From: the human T2T-CHM13v2.0 reference genome, Homo sapiens
Direction: 5' to 3' (one strand)
Assembly (NCBI RefSeq): GCF_009914755.1
Contig: NC_060945.1
Length of the DNA: 64,000 bases
A model generated the notes under the pieces. That model had not been told where the DNA came from, did no database searches, and was given only the letters and a program-made list of their open reading frames with translations. Positions 61,887 to 64,000 of the stretch are shown here, one piece after another. Every line of letters starts with the position of its first letter. The stretch's first letter is position 1. The translations under genes and the position numbers were made by a program.

Positions 61887-62853
61887 TAAACAATTCTGAA
61901 TCTTCTAAGCATCTTTTTTTATATCTAGAAAAATTTTGAAATAGATTTCCAAAACTGACACAACTTGGTGAGAGAAAATTGAAAAGCTGCATGGAAAATT
62001 AATTATAAGGAGAAAAAAGGAAAAAAAATTAATTATAAGTAAACTGTAAGGTTGCACAGCAGCAGAGAAATGCCCTCTGTTTATTTTGTATTTACCCAAG
62101 GATGATCTCAAACTCCTGGCTTCCAGATCCACCCACCTCGGCCTCTCAAAGTGCTGAGATTACAGGTGTGAGCCGCCGCGCTTGGTGCCCTGCCCCCAAC
62201 TTTTTGACATTTTAAACAATTCTGAATCTTCTAAACATATTAAGACACACTTTCTTTCATATCTAGAATAATTTCCAGCCACTTGCACATCTCCAAAATA
62301 GTGGTTTATGGTCATTTCAATTTTAGGATTTGTTAACTGGTTGCACATATATGGTTTCATTTTTATTTTGAGTTTTAGGATGACTCGAGATGTAGATGGG
62401 CTTGGTATTCCCCCATTTTATAGATGGTGAAAACGTTTTGGATCCTGCTTACGCAGCTTGTCTAGGAAATGGCAATTTGCATCTCAAACCCAGGCACCTG
62501 CACCAAGTCCCATCTCTTTCCATCTCTATGGTTGAAAGAATAAGTGAATCATTCAGGATGTGTTTCTGGAATGGGATTTTGAAGCTAGCCTGTATTTTAG
62601 TGGTGTGGGCAAAGGGAGAAACACAGAAGCCCTGAAGCCTGATAACACTGCATCCACACCTCCCTCCTGCCTGCTCTTGGATTTCTGGGTGCCTGTAGGC
62701 AAATCACTGTGATGTCAGGCCAGGGCGCCATGTGCAAACTCCCATGTGGAGGGAACTGGCAGAAACTTCCCAGCTGTGACACTGCCACACCCTCTGCTAT
62801 GCAAGAACAGAGCATTTGGAAAGGAACAAAAAGTTGTATCCTATAAGGGAAGA

Positions 62854-63165
62854 GGCCGGGCGCTGTGGCTCACACCTGCAATCTAAGTACTTTGGGAGGC
62901 TGAGGTGGGCAGATGGGCTTGAACTCAGGAGTTCAAGACCAGCCTCGGCAACATGGTGAAACAATGTATCTACAAAAAAAAAAAAAAAAAAAAATTAGCT
63001 GGGCGTATGGTCCCAGCTACTTGGGAGGCTGAGGTGGGAGAATCACTTGAACCCTGAGGGGCAGAGGTTGCAGTAAGCCAAGATCGCACCACTGTGCTCC
63101 AGCCTGGGTGACAGAGTGAGACCCTGTCTCAAAAAAAAAAAAAAAAAACAAAAAAAGAAAAAGAA
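62854..63165 (+). mobile_element. Alu
   Basis: Alu consensus similarity. Confidence 0.92.
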
Positions 63166-63489
63166 GTGAAGAGACTTAGCACTCTGCAGTTATCGCGCTT
63201 TCTCTCTGCACAAACTCAAATCATTTAAAAATGAGTTATTTTAATATTTTAGTAGTTGAGGCCAATGGAGTCAAAGGTACTTGCCCAAGGCCACAGGGCA
63301 AAACTCGGACATCTAATCTCGATGTTTTTGTTTACACTGACCTTCAATTCAAAATAAATATTGCTCGCTGTTTTATTTTCTCTACAAAGAAACCATATGC
63401 AGTGGTAGAAATGAGCAGTGTGGTGGCATCAGACCCTCACTGTACATGCTCTTAAAAAAGTGACTCAAAGGCTTAAAAAGTGACTTAAA

Positions 63490-63770
63490 GCCTCACACCT
63501 GTAATCCCAGCACTTTGGGAGGCCGAGGCGGGCGGATCACCTGAGGTCAGGAGTTTGAGACCAGCCTCGTCAGCAGGGTGAAACCCCATCTCTACTAAAA
63601 ATACAAAAATTAGCCAGGTATGGTGGTGAATGCCTGTAATCCCAGTTACTCAGGAGGCTGAGACAGGAGAATCATTTGAACCCGCGGGGCGGAGGTTGCA
63701 GTGAGCCTAGATTGTGCCACTGCACTCCCGCCTGGGCGACAGAGTGAGACTCCACCTCAAAAAAAAAAAG
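63490..63770 (+). mobile_element. Alu
   Basis: TSD aaaaagtgacttaaa. Confidence 0.93.
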
Positions 63771-63784
63771 TGACTTAAAATAAA

Positions 63785-64000
63785 TTTTTGTTTGTGTGAC
63801 AGGGTCTCACTTTGTCACTCAGGCTGGAGTGCAGGGGTGAAATAATGGTTCACTACAGCCTAAACCTCCCAGGCTCAAGCAATCCTCCCACCGCAGCCTC
63901 CCTAGTTGCTGGGACTATAGGGATGCACCACCATGCCGCCAGCTAATTCTGTTATCTTTTTGTAGAGATGAGGGTCTTACTATGTTGCCCAGGCTGGTTT
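63785..64000 (-). mobile_element. Alu (runs off the window end)
   Basis: Antisense Alu. Confidence 0.9.

Overview
Human (Alu-rich primate) genomic DNA, recognised from the encoded proteins as chr21q22. Plus strand: the last 10 coding exons of ITSN1 (long isoform tail: DH, PH and C2 domains; stop at 30000-30002), followed by an approximately 11.5 kb, nearly Alu-free terminal exon ending at AATAAA 41545-41550. Minus strand: the complete 7-exon ATP5PO (ATP5O/OSCP) gene (CDS 57475 to 45229, 213 aa) with a CpG-island promoter. The two genes converge about 3.6 kb apart. The rest is repeat-rich: about 40 Alus, solo LTRs (LTR12C, THE1, LTR18-like nested in an Alu, MER31), an Alu-interrupted 7SL pseudogene, MADE1, MER5A and MIRs. 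Most interesting: an RBFOX/UG-rich repeat platform and neuronal miRNA sites in the long ITSN1 3'UTR; a candidate MER31-driven alternative ATP5PO first exon; a perfect 35-bp x3 tandem repeat carrying STAT GAS sites between the genes; and a CpG-rich antisense LTR12C promoter inside ITSN1. No novel protein-coding system is supported. Exon boundaries were checked by hand (GT-AG, phase). Repeat boundaries are approximate and family names come from recalled consensus sequences, not a search.
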